64,000 nt of DNA from an uncultured Nitrospiraceae bacterium (GCA_964402555.1 CAYOCT010000039.1:615-64614); one strand, 5' to 3'. Shown: positions 47,315-57,762, counted from the first letter of the stretch. Program-made: numbers and translations. Notes: generated by a model from the sequence alone, not told the origin.

Positions 47315-48139
47315 ATGCAAGTGAGCGACCGCAGAGCATTCTTGATGAAGGCAGGCAACGCCGCGGGTATCACCGGAATCCTGGGTATGACCGCGGCCGG
47401 ACTGGGCGGCTGCCCGCCTGTCGTGCCGGAAGCGTACGTAATACCGGCTTGGCCTTGGCCCTATGCCCCGCTGGATGTAGAGCTGGTGCGGAAGATGGGA
47501 CACCAGAGCTACTATGTCGGCGGCTGCTGCTACGGGGCGTTCGATGCCATCGTGCGCGCGCTGCGAGATGCGGTCGGCGACCCGTTCGACAAGGTCATTA
47601 CGGACATGATGCGCTACGGCGGTGGCGGCTGCGCCGGTTTTGGTTCGTTGTGCGGCGCGCTCAACGGTTCGGCCGCTGCGATCGGAATGGTTTCCGACAA
47701 GAGCCTGCAGACTCCGTTGGTGGCAGAACTCTTGAGCTGGTATGCCGCGACGCCGCTGCCCACCGACACGGCAAATCAATATGCCGTCAACCACGAGTAC
47801 CTGGTCGAAACCATGAAGTACGACGGCGAGCTTGTACAGAGCGTCGCCAAAGGCAACCTCTGCCACATGTCCGTAACCAATTGGTGCGAGGCCGCGGGGG
47901 TCGCCGAGAGCGACGTCAAGCGCGCCGAACGCTGCGCGCGCCTCACGGGCGACGTCGCCGCAAGGGCCGTCGAGATTCTGAACGCGCAATACGCGGGAAC
48001 CTTCGCCGCAACGACGCCGTTGCCGTCCGCGGCGGCATCCTGCAAGGCCTGCCACAAGACCGATGGCGTGGCGCCCGTACTGGATTATACCAACGGCAAA
48101 ATGGACTGTGATCTGTGCCACGCGCCGCATGAAATGTGA
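47315..48139 (+). CDS. Split-Soret cytochrome c-like / C-GCAxxG-C-C family protein, Tat signal, two heme c motifs
   Basis: RRAFL twin-Arg; GGCCYG, GGGGCAGFGSLCGALNG, CHMSV, ERCARL; CKACH and CDLCH. GGAGG RBS. Confidence 0.82.
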   Translation: MQVSDRRAFLMKAGNAAGITGILGMTAAGLGGCPPVVPEAYVIPAWPWPYAPLDVELVRKMGHQSYYVGGCCYGAFDAIVRALRDAVGDPFDKVITDMMRYGGGGCAGFGSLCGALNGSAAAIGMVSDKSLQTPLVAELLSWYAATPLPTDTANQYAVNHEYLVETMKYDGELVQSVAKGNLCHMSVTNWCEAAGVAESDVKRAERCARLTGDVAARAVEILNAQYAGTFAATTPLPSAAASCKACHKTDGVAPVLDYTNGKMDCDLCHAPHEM

Positions 48140-48747
48140 TCTTGGCGCGTAAGCGCCGTAATGCGTAAGTCTGGGAAGAGCAAGGAGACTGGGGCTCCTT
48201 GCTCTTCTTTTTGCCAGGGACGCGCATAGCAAAAGGCCGCTGCCAGCGAAGCGTGCGGCAGCGGCCTGGGTCTTTGGGAAACGGAGCCGGGCTACATCCA
48301 GCCCATATAGATGGGTATATAGCTCACCATATCGCCGTTCTCACGTGCGACGGCGTCGGTTTCTTCGTTCGATCCGGTGGGGCCGATGACGGCCGGGAAC
48401 GACTGGCCATAGGCCACGCTCGAAGGCATGGGCGTATGCCAGGGGTTCCATGAAAACCACAACACGGTAAACACCTCCTCACTTAGAACTCGCTCGAGCC
48501 GGTATGTGCCGGCCCGTGTCGACATCATTGCGTTGACAACACGTATTGAGACCTCTTAATTCCGCGCGAGTCGAAAAAGTTGCACGGAACCGGCGGGAAT
48601 CCGCCGACGGCATTCCAAAGGTACCGCCTGACGCTGGAACCGTTACATGTGTTGGCCGCTCTCAGATAAGGACACGCACGACTCAAGGTAGCTGGTTTCA
48701 CCCAGCCTTGTGAAGCAGATTGGTCGGTAGATTTCGGGTCACAAGAA

Positions 48748-48776
48748 CATAACGTATTTGATTACAATACGTTATG
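48748..48776. other. 11-7-11 perfect palindrome resembling a tyrosine-recombinase core site or operator
   Basis: CATAACGTATT-TGATTAC-AATACGTTATG in an AT-rich intergenic stretch. Confidence 0.45.
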
Positions 48777-49162
48777 CGTTATGCACGCGATCCCAGCCAA
48801 GGTTCTGTCAAAACGTGACCGGACTGGAATTCCGAAAGATACACTTTGCAAGTCTTTTCTTTATAATCAGTTGCAAAAATGTATAGGGTTGGCAGGGGTT
48901 TGTATGTCCATTGCCGCGTGTCGGCCAAGCCGTGTCCCAGAAGCTGTAATTCAAAAGAGGCTGCGGTCCAATACCAGCGGTCATCCGTACTACTGTCTGT
49001 CGTTTTCCATCAACTTCTCGAAGAAATTCTGTGCAAGTTGACTGGCCATAGGCATTAATACCGGAATGCGGGCGAGGAGGTTCATCCTTCTGCCCTCAGC
49101 CTTATATTTAATTGGTTACTGTCCCTATTTATATTTTAGCCGGGATTTGGTATACTGGGTCC

Positions 49163-49564
49163 ATGATGCATGGAAGGAATAGACCGAGCCGTGATGCGCA
49201 GTCGGAGGTCTTGGCGAATGTGCGGCGGGACCAGGCCGCGCGGGAGCAGAGCTATCGGGAGCTGGCGTTGCGGTTGTTCCCGCATGTGTGCGGGCGTTGC
49301 GGGCGCGAGTTTTCTGGGAAGCGGCTTCGCGAGTTGACGGTGCATCACAAAGACAACGATCACATGAACAATCCGCCCGACGGCAGCAATTGGGAGTTGC
49401 TGTGTCTGTATTGCCATGACAATGAGCATCAGGCGTACGAGCAGGCGGGGTATGGCAGCGGCGCGGTGTTCGGTTCGGGCGATGCGGACTCGTCGAGTTT
49501 CCGTCCGTTCGCGGGGTTAAAGGATCTGTTGAAGCCGAAGGACGATTCCGCCGCAGGGGAATGA
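49163..49564 (+). CDS. yajD: YajD-family HNH nuclease
   Basis: YRELAL..FPHVCGRCGREF, LTVHH.D..H.NNPPDGSNWELLCLYCHDNEH. Confidence 0.9.
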   Translation: MMHGRNRPSRDAQSEVLANVRRDQAAREQSYRELALRLFPHVCGRCGREFSGKRLRELTVHHKDNDHMNNPPDGSNWELLCLYCHDNEHQAYEQAGYGSGAVFGSGDADSSSFRPFAGLKDLLKPKDDSAAGE

Positions 49565-49588
49565 CGATCCCCCGCTCCCTCCATCCGC

Positions 49589-50884
49589 TTAGTGCAGTTC
49601 GCCGTCCGCGTCTTTGTAGAACACGCGCTTGGCTTTGCCTTCCTGCCTCGGCAGTCCGCCGATCGCGCACACGCTGCCCTTGGGCTGGAAACCCAGGGCC
49701 GACTTGAGATGCTTGGCGACGGTCAGGCTAGTCACGCCGGGTTCGGCCTCGACGTTGATGGACACGTCTTTGAGCCCTTCGCGGTCTTCGATAATGATCT
49801 GATAGTTGGAACCGACGCCGGGGATCTGCATGAGGATCTCTTCGACGTCGCGGGGGAAGAAGTTCACGCCGCGCACGATGAGGACGTCATCGGCGCGCCC
49901 GACGATCGGGGCAATGCGCACGTGGGTGCGGCCGCACGCGCACCGGTCGCGCGAGACGACACGGGTCAAGTCGGAGGTCTTGAACCGGATCACGGGCAGG
50001 GCCTCGCGGGTGAGCGCCGTGATCACGAGTTCGCCGGTCTTGCCATCGGGCACGGGCTCGTTTGTGGTCGGGTCGACGATCTCGACGATGTACTGGTCTT
50101 CCCACACGTGCAGTCCGTCGTGCGCAAGACAGTCCATGCCGAGCGTCCCGACGCCGCCGGATTCGGTCATGCCGTAAATGTCGAAGACTTCGATGCCGAG
50201 GCCTTCGGCGATCTTTGCCTTCATCGAATCCGAAAACGTCTCGCCGCCGAACAACCCGATCTCAAGGTCGGGAAGATCGTCGCCGGTCTGTTCGAGCACT
50301 TCCATCAGACGGATGCCGTAAGAGACCACGCCGGTGAGGATGCGTGTGCCGAAGTCTTTTGCAAGGCGGATCTGGCGCGCGGTATTGCCGGCGCCGGTGG
50401 GAAGCACGAACAGGCCCAGTTCTTCAGCGCCGTGATAGAACCCGAAGCCGCCGTTGAACAGGCCGAAGGACGGCGTAATCTGGATGACATCGGCGGGTTC
50501 GGCGCCGGCCATGCGCAGACAGCGCGCCATGCAGAGGGTCCATTGATCGAGGTCGGCCTGGGTATAGGGCATGACGATCGACGTGCCTGTCGATCCGGAC
50601 GACATGTGCATCTCGAGCACGTCGCGTTTGGGCACGCACGACAGGCCCATCGGGTAGTTTTCGCGCAGGATGGACTTGTCCATGAGGGGAAGCTTGCCAA
50701 GGTCGTCCAGGCTTCGGATGTCCTCGGGGTCGAGGCCCGCCTCGCGCAAGCGCGCTCGCTGGGTGGTGTTCTTGTCGTACACATGCCGGACGACCGCCTT
50801 CAACCGTTCGGATTGAAGCGCGCGCAATTCGTCCAGGGATGCCGTTTCTTCGCGCGGGTTGTGATACGCCACCTTCTCGCTCAT
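49589..50884 (-). CDS. paaK: Phenylacetate-CoA ligase family (PaaK-like)
   Basis: SSGSTGT, YGMTESGG, PVIRFKTSDL, GRADD..IVRGVNFFP, EGKAKRV. Confidence 0.85.
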   Translation of the reverse strand: MSEKVAYHNPREETASLDELRALQSERLKAVVRHVYDKNTTQRARLREAGLDPEDIRSLDDLGKLPLMDKSILRENYPMGLSCVPKRDVLEMHMSSGSTGTSIVMPYTQADLDQWTLCMARCLRMAGAEPADVIQITPSFGLFNGGFGFYHGAEELGLFVLPTGAGNTARQIRLAKDFGTRILTGVVSYGIRLMEVLEQTGDDLPDLEIGLFGGETFSDSMKAKIAEGLGIEVFDIYGMTESGGVGTLGMDCLAHDGLHVWEDQYIVEIVDPTTNEPVPDGKTGELVITALTREALPVIRFKTSDLTRVVSRDRCACGRTHVRIAPIVGRADDVLIVRGVNFFPRDVEEILMQIPGVGSNYQIIIEDREGLKDVSINVEAEPGVTSLTVAKHLKSALGFQPKGSVCAIGGLPRQEGKAKRVFYKDADGELH

Positions 50885-50952
50885 GCCCTGCCCCTCCGTA
50901 CTTCCATGCAGGTTATAGCATGACGGAAGATGCAATTTCATGCGTCCTCGCG

Positions 50953-52119
50953 TTATTCGGCGGCGGGAGCCTTCTCTGGCTTAGCGATGACGCGAGTCTT
51001 CATGTAGCGGATACGGTCGTATCGGTAGTCGTAGGGCTGTCCGCCGATCTGGCACGCGTAGAAGAGCACGAGCCACTCGGCGCCGTCTTGACGCACAAGC
51101 GCGGGCGAGGGCACGTGGCATGCGGGCGTATCCGCGTCGGGCGGAATCCAGCCCAGGATGCGCCAGTGGATACCGTCGTCGGATTCGGCCTCGGCAAGCT
51201 GGCGTCCGGGCCAGCCTGTGCCGTAGCCCGAAGGATCGGCGAAGCTGCGATACCGCGCGCCGATCTTGATCACGGCAGGGTTCGGCCATTCCTCGATCAG
51301 CGGCGTGTCGTCCGCGCGCACGACCGTGAAGCGCCCTTTCATGAAAGACTCGGCGGCGCCCTCGGCGTAGCCCATCGAGACGCCGGACTTCGTCCAGTAG
51401 TCGAACCATAACCGCCACTTGCCTTGGTCGAACATCAGCGAAGGACGATGGTACATGCCGTGCATGAACGCGCCGGTCTTGAGATCGCACGCCCCCCCGA
51501 GGTCGGGCGCGTGGATGACCAGCGGCTCCTCGGTCCGCTCCCACGCGATGCCGTCGTCCGAGACCGCGCCCATCACGCAGTACAAGTCGCCGTCTTTATC
51601 GCCGGGATGCTCGAACAGGATGCCGTCGGCGTTTGGTCCTGTAGCGGAATAGGCCATATAGTATTTCCCGTCATGAGACACGACCGAGGGATCGCCGTTG
51701 TGCCACGCGTCGTAGGGTTTGTCTCGCGCCGTAATGACCGGAACCCATTTCGCCGGAGTCTGTGTGGCATCCCAACCGGCGTCGCCGCAGTACACCTCCC
51801 AATGATCGAGGTCCTTGCCGCGCGCGTGAAAGATCGCGTCGCAGCCCGGAAAGCCCGGATTGCAGTCGGCCGCGGCCCATCCGAAAAACCACATGCGGAA
51901 GGCGTACATGGAGTCGCCGGTCTGGAGCACGGTGGCGTGATACGTATTGCCGAAGCCGGCTAGGACGTTGTGGCCGTCGCGCTGCCACATGGCCGACCGA
52001 TCCACGTGGCGCGCGTCGGCGGACGATGGCTCCGCGGCCCGGACGGTGTGGGAGACGAGGACCAACCCCGCAAACACGAATCTGAACACGATCCTGCGGG
52101 GACACAAGGCAGTTGACAA
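50953..52119 (-). CDS. Secreted five-bladed beta-propeller glycoside-hydrolase-like protein (GH43/32/130-type fold)
   Basis: TTG start after GAGGAGG, signal-like N-terminus; HNGDPSVV, YHRPSL, NPAVIK, repeated SDDGIxW blades. Confidence 0.6.
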   Translation of the reverse strand: MSTALCPRRIVFRFVFAGLVLVSHTVRAAEPSSADARHVDRSAMWQRDGHNVLAGFGNTYHATVLQTGDSMYAFRMWFFGWAAADCNPGFPGCDAIFHARGKDLDHWEVYCGDAGWDATQTPAKWVPVITARDKPYDAWHNGDPSVVSHDGKYYMAYSATGPNADGILFEHPGDKDGDLYCVMGAVSDDGIAWERTEEPLVIHAPDLGGACDLKTGAFMHGMYHRPSLMFDQGKWRLWFDYWTKSGVSMGYAEGAAESFMKGRFTVVRADDTPLIEEWPNPAVIKIGARYRSFADPSGYGTGWPGRQLAEAESDDGIHWRILGWIPPDADTPACHVPSPALVRQDGAEWLVLFYACQIGGQPYDYRYDRIRYMKTRVIAKPEKAPAAE

Positions 52120-52338
52120 ATCGAACCTCCTCACGAGTTGACTTCGCCGTATCCGTTTCGCAAGAGTACTCATTGTCGCATCCGGCGCGCGCGCGCACAA
52201 CCGCGGCACGCGCTAAGTTGACGCCGAACGGACGCCGCCTCTACGATGCTCGCGGTGTAGCAAAGATGCTTGGCGTGGATTGCGCGACGCGAGTTGAGAT
52301 GCTAGCATGACCGAAGGAACGAGGGAGAGAAGGACGCA

Positions 52339-53304
52339 ATGGTGAACCTTGCGAAGATAAGCAACCTGACAGCGTGGCGTGCCGCGCGCACCGAGATCGA
52401 ATCGGCCATTGCGTCCGTACTCGGGCCGATCGCGCGGGAGCGAGTCGAGTTGCAGACCAAGACCGTCGACGAGATGCAATTTGCGGGCTACGTACGGCGG
52501 CGCGTGAACTATTTTGTGGGCGAATGGGAACGCGTGTCGGCGTGGCTGTTCGTTCCGGACCGCAAAGACGAGATGCCGGGTATACTGTGCTGCCACGAAG
52601 CGGTGCCGCAGGGCAAGGACGAGCCGGCGGGACTCGATGGCGAACCGGCGATGGCCCAGGCCGTGCGCTACGCCGAGTTGGGGTATGTCACGCTGGTGCC
52701 CGATTGCATCACCGCGGGCGACCGCGTCTCGACGGGCCTCGCGCCGTACGACACCAAGACCTTCTACAAGGACAACCCCAAAGGCTGCGCGATGGGCAAG
52801 ATGCTCTCGGACCATCTGTACGCGATCGACGTGCTGTGCGAGACCAAGCGGGTCGACAGCGCGCGCCTGGGCGTGATAGGCCACGGGTTCGGCGCGCAGA
52901 ACGCGCTGTTCCTGGCCGCGTTCGACGAGCGCATCCAGTCGTGTGTCGCGAGTTGCGGGTTTACGCGCTTCACGACGGACAAGGCTCCCGAGCGATGGGC
53001 GCGCGATGGCGGATTCGTCTACTTCCCCGCGTTGCGGGAAGCGATCAAGAAGCGCGATTATCCCTTCGAGTGGGAGCATCTGCTTGCGCTGCTCGCGCCA
53101 AGCCCCACTTTGTTGATTGTCGCGCTCAACGATCCCGAGCTTTCCAATACGAAGAGTTGCGAGAAAGCCGCCCAGCTTGCCGGGACGGTCTACAAGCTGC
53201 TGGGGGCGCCCGAGGCGCTCCACGTCTTGACCCACGATGGAGGCCGCCGCATGACTCCGGAGGCCCACGAGACCGCGGACGAATGGTTTGACCGATGGCT
53301 TTAG
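52339..53304 (+). CDS. Alpha/beta-hydrolase fold protein (dienelactone hydrolase-like); nucleophile Ser absent
   Basis: RRRVNYF, AWLFVP, GMLSDH-like segment, RLGVIGHGFGA, LALLAPSP. Confidence 0.8.
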   Translation: MVNLAKISNLTAWRAARTEIESAIASVLGPIARERVELQTKTVDEMQFAGYVRRRVNYFVGEWERVSAWLFVPDRKDEMPGILCCHEAVPQGKDEPAGLDGEPAMAQAVRYAELGYVTLVPDCITAGDRVSTGLAPYDTKTFYKDNPKGCAMGKMLSDHLYAIDVLCETKRVDSARLGVIGHGFGAQNALFLAAFDERIQSCVASCGFTRFTTDKAPERWARDGGFVYFPALREAIKKRDYPFEWEHLLALLAPSPTLLIVALNDPELSNTKSCEKAAQLAGTVYKLLGAPEALHVLTHDGGRRMTPEAHETADEWFDRWL

Positions 53305-53349
53305 CGCCGGCTCCGGCCGCGTAGGCACGAAAGGATAATTCGAGGCACG

Positions 53350-54297
53350 ATGGATTCCAATGCCGGCGCCAAGATTGCGCGTTTGATCGAGAACATCGAG
53401 AAGGTCGTATTCGGCAAACGGGACGTCGTCAAGTTGTGCGTCACGGGACTGCTCGCGCGCGGCCACATCCTGATCGAAGACATTCCCGGCATCGGGAAGA
53501 CCACCATCGCCCAGGGCCTCGCGCGGTCGATCGCATGTTCGTTCACGCGCGTGCAATTCACGAGCGACATGCTGCCGTCGGACATCATCGGCGTGTCGGT
53601 GCTGAATCCGAAGACGGCCGAGTTCGAGTTCCGGCAAGGTCCGATTTTCGCGAACATCGTGCTTGCCGACGAGGTCAACCGGACCCCGCCGAAGACGCAG
53701 AGCGCGCTGCTCGAAGCGATGAGCGAAAGCCGCGTGTCGGTCGACGGCGTTTCGCGGCCGGTGCCTCAGCCGTTCATGGTGCTGGCCACGCAGAATCCCA
53801 TCGAGTACGAAGGCACGTACACCTTGCCCGAGTCGCAGCTCGATCGGTTCATGCTGCGCCTCGAGGTCGGCTATCCGCCCGCCGAAGACGAACTGCACAT
53901 CATGCGCCGCCGCGACCCCGTGCAGGCGCTCGAACAGTTGCAGCCCGCGTTGTCGGCGCAGGAAGTCATCGAACTGCAGAGCCTCACCGGCACGGTGCGC
54001 GTGGACGACAGCGTCGCGCAATACATTCTCAACATCGTCCACGGCACGCGGCGCAATGACCACATTCAGCTCGGCGCAAGCCCGCGCGCGTCGCTGGCTT
54101 TCTATGAAGCCTGCCAAGCCAACGCGCTGGTCGAAGGGCGCGACTTCGTGACGCCGGGCGACGTCAAACGCATGGCGGTGGCGGTGCTGTCCCATCGATT
54201 AATCGTCAAGTCCCGCGGCGGCGATCTGGTTTCCGCCGCTCGGGAACGCGCACGCGTCGTGGCCGAAGTGGTTAACAGCGTGCCGATCCCCGTGTGA
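53350..54297 (+). CDS. moxR: MoxR-family AAA+ ATPase
   Basis: EDIPGIGKT, QFTSDMLPSD, DEVNR.PPKTQSALLEAM, ATQNPIEYEGTY.LPESQLDRF. Confidence 0.95.
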   Translation: MDSNAGAKIARLIENIEKVVFGKRDVVKLCVTGLLARGHILIEDIPGIGKTTIAQGLARSIACSFTRVQFTSDMLPSDIIGVSVLNPKTAEFEFRQGPIFANIVLADEVNRTPPKTQSALLEAMSESRVSVDGVSRPVPQPFMVLATQNPIEYEGTYTLPESQLDRFMLRLEVGYPPAEDELHIMRRRDPVQALEQLQPALSAQEVIELQSLTGTVRVDDSVAQYILNIVHGTRRNDHIQLGASPRASLAFYEACQANALVEGRDFVTPGDVKRMAVAVLSHRLIVKSRGGDLVSAARERARVVAEVVNSVPIPV

Positions 54298-54413
54298 CCT
54301 GTCATGGATTCCGTACGTTGGAGCGCGTCCTGCGGCATAGACGGACGCGTCCCGCCCGAGCAGCCTATGTGCGACATCATCCGAGTTGAAACGGCCGCAA
54401 CGGAGTGGCCTGC

Positions 54414-55496
54414 ATGAGCCGCGCGCGCAAAAGGGTGTGGCGTTTACGTCTGCGCGCGACCGGCAAGGTCTTCGTCGTGATCTCCATGCTGGTGTTGCTC
54501 GCGGCGTGGAACACGGGCGCAAACCTGCTGTACATCGTGCTGGGCGGACTGGGAAGCTTCCTTATCGCGTCGTTCGTGCTGTGCTTGTGGAGCGTCCGAG
54601 GCACGCGCGTGACGCGGCAAGGGCCGGACGCCGTGCACCGGCTCGACAAGTTCGGCGTCAGCGTCCGTATCGAGAACCGCAAATTCGTGATGCCGGCCAC
54701 CTCGGTCCGCATCGAACGCGTCGACGAACCATACGAAACGGCGGCCTACGCCGTCCGGATTCCCGCGCGCCGCGCCGCGTACGTACGCATGACCGAATCC
54801 TTCGCCCGCCGCGGCGTCCAGCCGCTCCCGGCGATCGCGCTCGCCAGCGGATTCCCGTTCGGCTTGGTCGAGCGATGCAAAGCCGTGCGCGATGGGCACG
54901 AGGTCATCGTCTACCCGCGCGTGATCACGGTGCGCCCCGGCATCCTCGAACAGTTGCCGGGATCGTGCACGGTCCCGAAAGTCGTGCGCGGCGACGGCGA
55001 CGAGTTCTTCAGTCTGCGCGAATACATTCCCGGCGACGACGTGCGCCGCGTAGCGTGGCGGGCCAGCGCGCGCAGGGGAACGCTGCTTGTGCGCGAGATG
55101 GCGGTCGAGACGTCGCGGTTCATCGTGTTTGCGATCGACACGGCGCTACGCGCCCATGTGCAGGATTTCGAGGAACGTTTCGAGGAAACGATTGAACTGG
55201 CGGCGTCGCTTGCGGTGACGTTGTTGAATCAGCAATACACAGTATCGATCGTCACCGCGACGGATTCGCTGACCGAGGGTGAAGGCCAGACGCAAACGCG
55301 CAAGGTCCTTGAGTTCCTTGCGCGCGTAGTCCCGAACGAGGATCCGTCCGCGCAGGGTTTCGGATGGTTCGCGCCGGGCGAAGAATTCGGGCGCGCGTCA
55401 TACGCGTTCCTTTCGCCCGACCCGGCGGATTGGGGCCAGCGCAGTCCGCTGGGCGGATCGAAGATCCTCGATCCGCGGGAGGCGGTCCGTGCATAA
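54414..55496 (+). CDS. DUF58-domain protein
   Basis: FPFGL, EFFSLREYIPGDDVRRVAWRASAR, LLVRE; follows moxR. Confidence 0.9.
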   Translation: MSRARKRVWRLRLRATGKVFVVISMLVLLAAWNTGANLLYIVLGGLGSFLIASFVLCLWSVRGTRVTRQGPDAVHRLDKFGVSVRIENRKFVMPATSVRIERVDEPYETAAYAVRIPARRAAYVRMTESFARRGVQPLPAIALASGFPFGLVERCKAVRDGHEVIVYPRVITVRPGILEQLPGSCTVPKVVRGDGDEFFSLREYIPGDDVRRVAWRASARRGTLLVREMAVETSRFIVFAIDTALRAHVQDFEERFEETIELAASLAVTLLNQQYTVSIVTATDSLTEGEGQTQTRKVLEFLARVVPNEDPSAQGFGWFAPGEEFGRASYAFLSPDPADWGQRSPLGGSKILDPREAVRA

Positions 55497-57696
55497 GAAC
55501 ATCGTTACAGGACTCCGTATCTGCTCGGCGCTCGTGATGGCCAGCGGCTATCTCGCCCTCGCCGCGACGCCGCATTACCCTCCCGCCATCGTCTTAATCC
55601 CGCTCGTGCTGTTCCTGATGGCGCCGATGGGCGAGCGGCTCGACGCCCACTTCACGCTGTACCGGAAGGCCACGTCGTGGATTAGCGCGGGCATGCTTAC
55701 GCTCGCGATTATCTCGCTGTTCTTTATCGATCTGTTGAGCAGCGTGACGATGCTCGTGATCTACATCCAAGCCTACACATTGCTGCATCGGAAGGAGACA
55801 CGCAACTACTACCACTTGTTCCTGATGGCGTTCTTCCTGCTCTTGGCGGCGTGCGTCATGTCGCCCGATCCGCAAATCGGCTTGGTGATGATCCTGTTCC
55901 TGGTGACTTCGATCGCGTCGTTCTTTCTGCTGCATCTGCATACAGAGTTGAGGCACGACCCTGAGTGCGGCACGATCCCGATCGTCCCGCTCGATACCGA
56001 AGATCTGCCGATTCAATCCTCCGCGCCGAAGGCCTTCGACCTCGGCCTCGTCGCGGTGATGACCGCGGTAGTCGTGGCGGTCGCGTTGGGCGCGGCGGCG
56101 CTGTTCTACACCATGCCGCGCATGCAGGCGGGCATGTTCGGACGGAGCGACCCGGCGGTGTTTCGATCCGCCTTCGCGCAAACCGTCGACCTGGCGCGCG
56201 GCGGCCGCATCTTGAGCGACCAGACGCCGGTCATGCGGGTCGAGTTCCCCGAGGAACCGGAGGGGCAATATAACGGCGTGCTCTTCTGGCGCATCACGGG
56301 CCTGAACACGTACGAAGGCGCGCGCTGGGTGGCGCTGCACGGACTGTCGAATGTGCGCAGCCAGCCGATGTACAGCCTGGGCCACGACAGCGAGGCCATC
56401 GTCCGGACCGGGCGGCCCGATACGGTCGCGCGCGAACATTTCGGTGTCGGGCGCGTGGTCCGGCAATCGATCTACATGGACAGCGTGCCCGAGGAAGGCA
56501 TCCCCGCTCTTCCCATGGTCGAGAAAGTGCAAAGCGGTGACGCGGTCCGCGACGTCCAGTTGTTCTGGGACGAAGGCGGCAACTTCACGGCGATGATGCG
56601 GGGCCGGCGGCAGCGCTGGCTGCATTACGATGCATGGTCCGAGGTCCAGGAGTTCACCCAGGAACAGTTGCGCGCGGCCCCGGACAATTACCGGGACGTG
56701 CTGGCCGCGCGCGATTACGAGGAGCTCACGTTCAACCAATTGCAGCCAAGGACCCAGCAACTCGCGAAGGAAATCGCGGACGGAAAGACGACGGTCTACG
56801 ACAAGGCCGTGGCCATCGGCGCGTATTTCAACAACGGCGGCTATTTCTACACGGTCGAGCTGCCATCGCTGCCACCCGACCATCCCGTCGACGCGTTCGT
56901 CCACGAGACGCGGCGCGGCCATTGCGAACTCTTCGCGAGCGCGACCGCCTTGATGCTGCGCAGTCTCGGGATTCCCGCGCGCGTCGCGGTGGGATATCGA
57001 GGCGGGGATTGGAGCGGTACCGACCGCGCGTACATCGTGCGCGCGGACATGGCGCACGCGTGGGTCGAGGTCTATTTCATCGGCCTGGGCTGGGTCTCGT
57101 TCGACCCGTCGCCCGCGGACCCGGGGTTAAGCGGGTTCTCGAAGACCTGGATCGCGCGGATGTTTGCGCGCTACTCGTTGCGCGCGAAGATGGCGTGGTA
57201 CCAGAGCGTCATCGGGTTCGACCAGGGCATGCAGATCGCCACGTTGAAGAACATGGCGCTCGGACTCGTCGGCATCGGCTCGGACATGCTCTGGGGCGCG
57301 GACCGCGCCGGCGGTTCGGCGTCGTGGATACGCTTCCTGACGATCCTCATCGTCCTGGGCGCCGGGTTTGCAGGTCTCGTATCGGTCACGTTCTTGCGGC
57401 GCGACACGGCGTCCGGACGCGCGGCCCTGCTCACCGTCGACCAGACCCGCGCCGTGCGCCTTTACCGGCGGCTCCAACGCAAACTCGCGCGCATGGGCGC
57501 GGCGCCCGCGGGCAAGAGCGCCGAAGAACTGTACGAAGCGATACTCCTCGAACCCTACTGCGAGACCGCGCCGGTGCGCGAACTGATCGACGCCTACAAC
57601 GAAGTGCGCTTCGGCGCGAAGCCCCTCCCCGTGGAGCGCTACGCCCGTCTCCGCGACCTCCTCCGCCAACTCCAGCCAACAAAACACGGGCAATAG
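55489..57696 (+). CDS. TgpA-like transglutaminase (DUF3488 + transglutaminase + DUF4129)
   Basis: N-terminal TMs; GHCELFASA...LRSLGIPARVAVGY, AHAWVEVYF, W..FDP. Catalytic Cys, His and Asp present. Confidence 0.92.
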   Translation: MHKNIVTGLRICSALVMASGYLALAATPHYPPAIVLIPLVLFLMAPMGERLDAHFTLYRKATSWISAGMLTLAIISLFFIDLLSSVTMLVIYIQAYTLLHRKETRNYYHLFLMAFFLLLAACVMSPDPQIGLVMILFLVTSIASFFLLHLHTELRHDPECGTIPIVPLDTEDLPIQSSAPKAFDLGLVAVMTAVVVAVALGAAALFYTMPRMQAGMFGRSDPAVFRSAFAQTVDLARGGRILSDQTPVMRVEFPEEPEGQYNGVLFWRITGLNTYEGARWVALHGLSNVRSQPMYSLGHDSEAIVRTGRPDTVAREHFGVGRVVRQSIYMDSVPEEGIPALPMVEKVQSGDAVRDVQLFWDEGGNFTAMMRGRRQRWLHYDAWSEVQEFTQEQLRAAPDNYRDVLAARDYEELTFNQLQPRTQQLAKEIADGKTTVYDKAVAIGAYFNNGGYFYTVELPSLPPDHPVDAFVHETRRGHCELFASATALMLRSLGIPARVAVGYRGGDWSGTDRAYIVRADMAHAWVEVYFIGLGWVSFDPSPADPGLSGFSKTWIARMFARYSLRAKMAWYQSVIGFDQGMQIATLKNMALGLVGIGSDMLWGADRAGGSASWIRFLTILIVLGAGFAGLVSVTFLRRDTASGRAALLTVDQTRAVRLYRRLQRKLARMGAAPAGKSAEELYEAILLEPYCETAPVRELIDAYNEVRFGAKPLPVERYARLRDLLRQLQPTKHGQ

Positions 57697-57762
57697 CCAC
57701 AATCAAGCATAATGAACTCCAACTTATACATCTTAAGCAGAATACCAGATCTGAGCGACAAA

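Noticed and set aside
48292-48528. 78-aa minus-strand ORF
   Set aside because: No recognisable family or RBS; could be a gene remnant, but unsupported.
52218-52247. Possible sigma70 promoter TTGACG-18-TACGAT
   Set aside because: Plausible, but two mismatches and non-optimal spacing; not distinguishable from chance.
53350-57696. moxR-DUF58-transglutaminase triad as a novel system
   Set aside because: Well-known, widespread gene arrangement with intact catalytic motifs.
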